From an uncultured Chloroflexia bacterium (lineage in GTDB: Bacteria > Chloroflexota > Limnocylindria > Limnocylindrales > CSP1-4): 64,000 nucleotides of DNA. The translations under genes and the position numbers were made by a program. Positions within the stretch are counted from its first letter, which is position 1, and each line of letters starts with the position of its first letter. This document shows, piece after piece, positions 63,873-64,000 of the stretch. Under the pieces are notes generated by a model, which had not been told where the DNA came from, did no database searches, and saw only the letters and a list, made by a program, of their open reading frames with translations. The stretch is from the NCBI GenBank assembly GCA_963720825.1, contig CAVRGY010000006.1:61827-125826 (forward strand), in the 5' to 3' direction.

Positions 63873-64000
63873 GTCCTGATGCTAGCGAAGCGACCGGGGT
63901 GCCGCGCCTCGATCCCGCGATCGGTCGCGGCGGCGCGAGAGGGCGGGGCTGGCCGTCGCTCGGCGCCGGCCGGTCGATGCTCAGCGAGGCTGGTCGTCGC

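Overview
The window is very GC-rich (third codon positions are almost all G/C) and looks like core chromosome of an Actinomycetota- or Chloroflexota-like bacterium. I call about 50 protein genes and one tRNA-Glu. I found no transposase, integrase, prophage, CRISPR array or recognisable defence system. I also found no convincing undescribed multi-gene system, so the items below are leads rather than discoveries.

Gene content is mostly housekeeping or envelope-related:
- A FAD-oxidoreductase / DUF1365 / CFA-synthase-like lipid-modification triad.
- A soluble MgtE-type sensor module coupled to a non-canonical NRAMP transporter.
- A PAS-GAF-EAL c-di-GMP phosphodiesterase.
- An ECF42-type sigma factor with its DGPF partner.
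- A stand-alone primase-polymerase plus a stand-alone ATP-dependent ligase.
- A malic enzyme, a universal stress protein (USP) and ribosomal protein L25/Ctc.
- An MprAB/PepD-like two-component system with an HtrA protease.
- A folC-folP-folB operon.
- A PASTA Ser/Thr kinase, galU, and a LacI regulator with a GH13 hydrolase.
- tdh-kbl, and an ECF sigma / anti-sigma pair.
- A ~5.1 kb DUF11-repeat surface protein gene.
- argS and hutI-ftcD.

Many adjacent genes share 4-nt start/stop overlaps (ATGA or GTGA).

The observations most worth a second look:
1. An MgtE cytosolic sensor module with no pore domain, translationally coupled to an NRAMP whose metal site is DAGG / T..T instead of DPGN / A..M.
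2. A T-box-like leader (UGGUACC bulge motif, preceding hairpin, SD-complementary segments) upstream of argS.
3. Two paralogous uncharacterised 10-TM proteins about 33 kb apart.
4. Three TGTC(G/A)A repeats in the ECF42/DGPF promoter region.
5. A possible small RNA or attenuator with a CU-rich stretch and a 14-bp hairpin.
6. About ten single-nucleotide frameshifts. One is in folC, and six are clustered in the 5' 1.5 kb of the giant surface protein gene.

The scattered frameshifts most likely reflect indel errors in the assembly. The cluster in the surface protein gene may instead be real decay. All calls rest on reading the supplied ORF translations and the sequence by eye. No database search was run.
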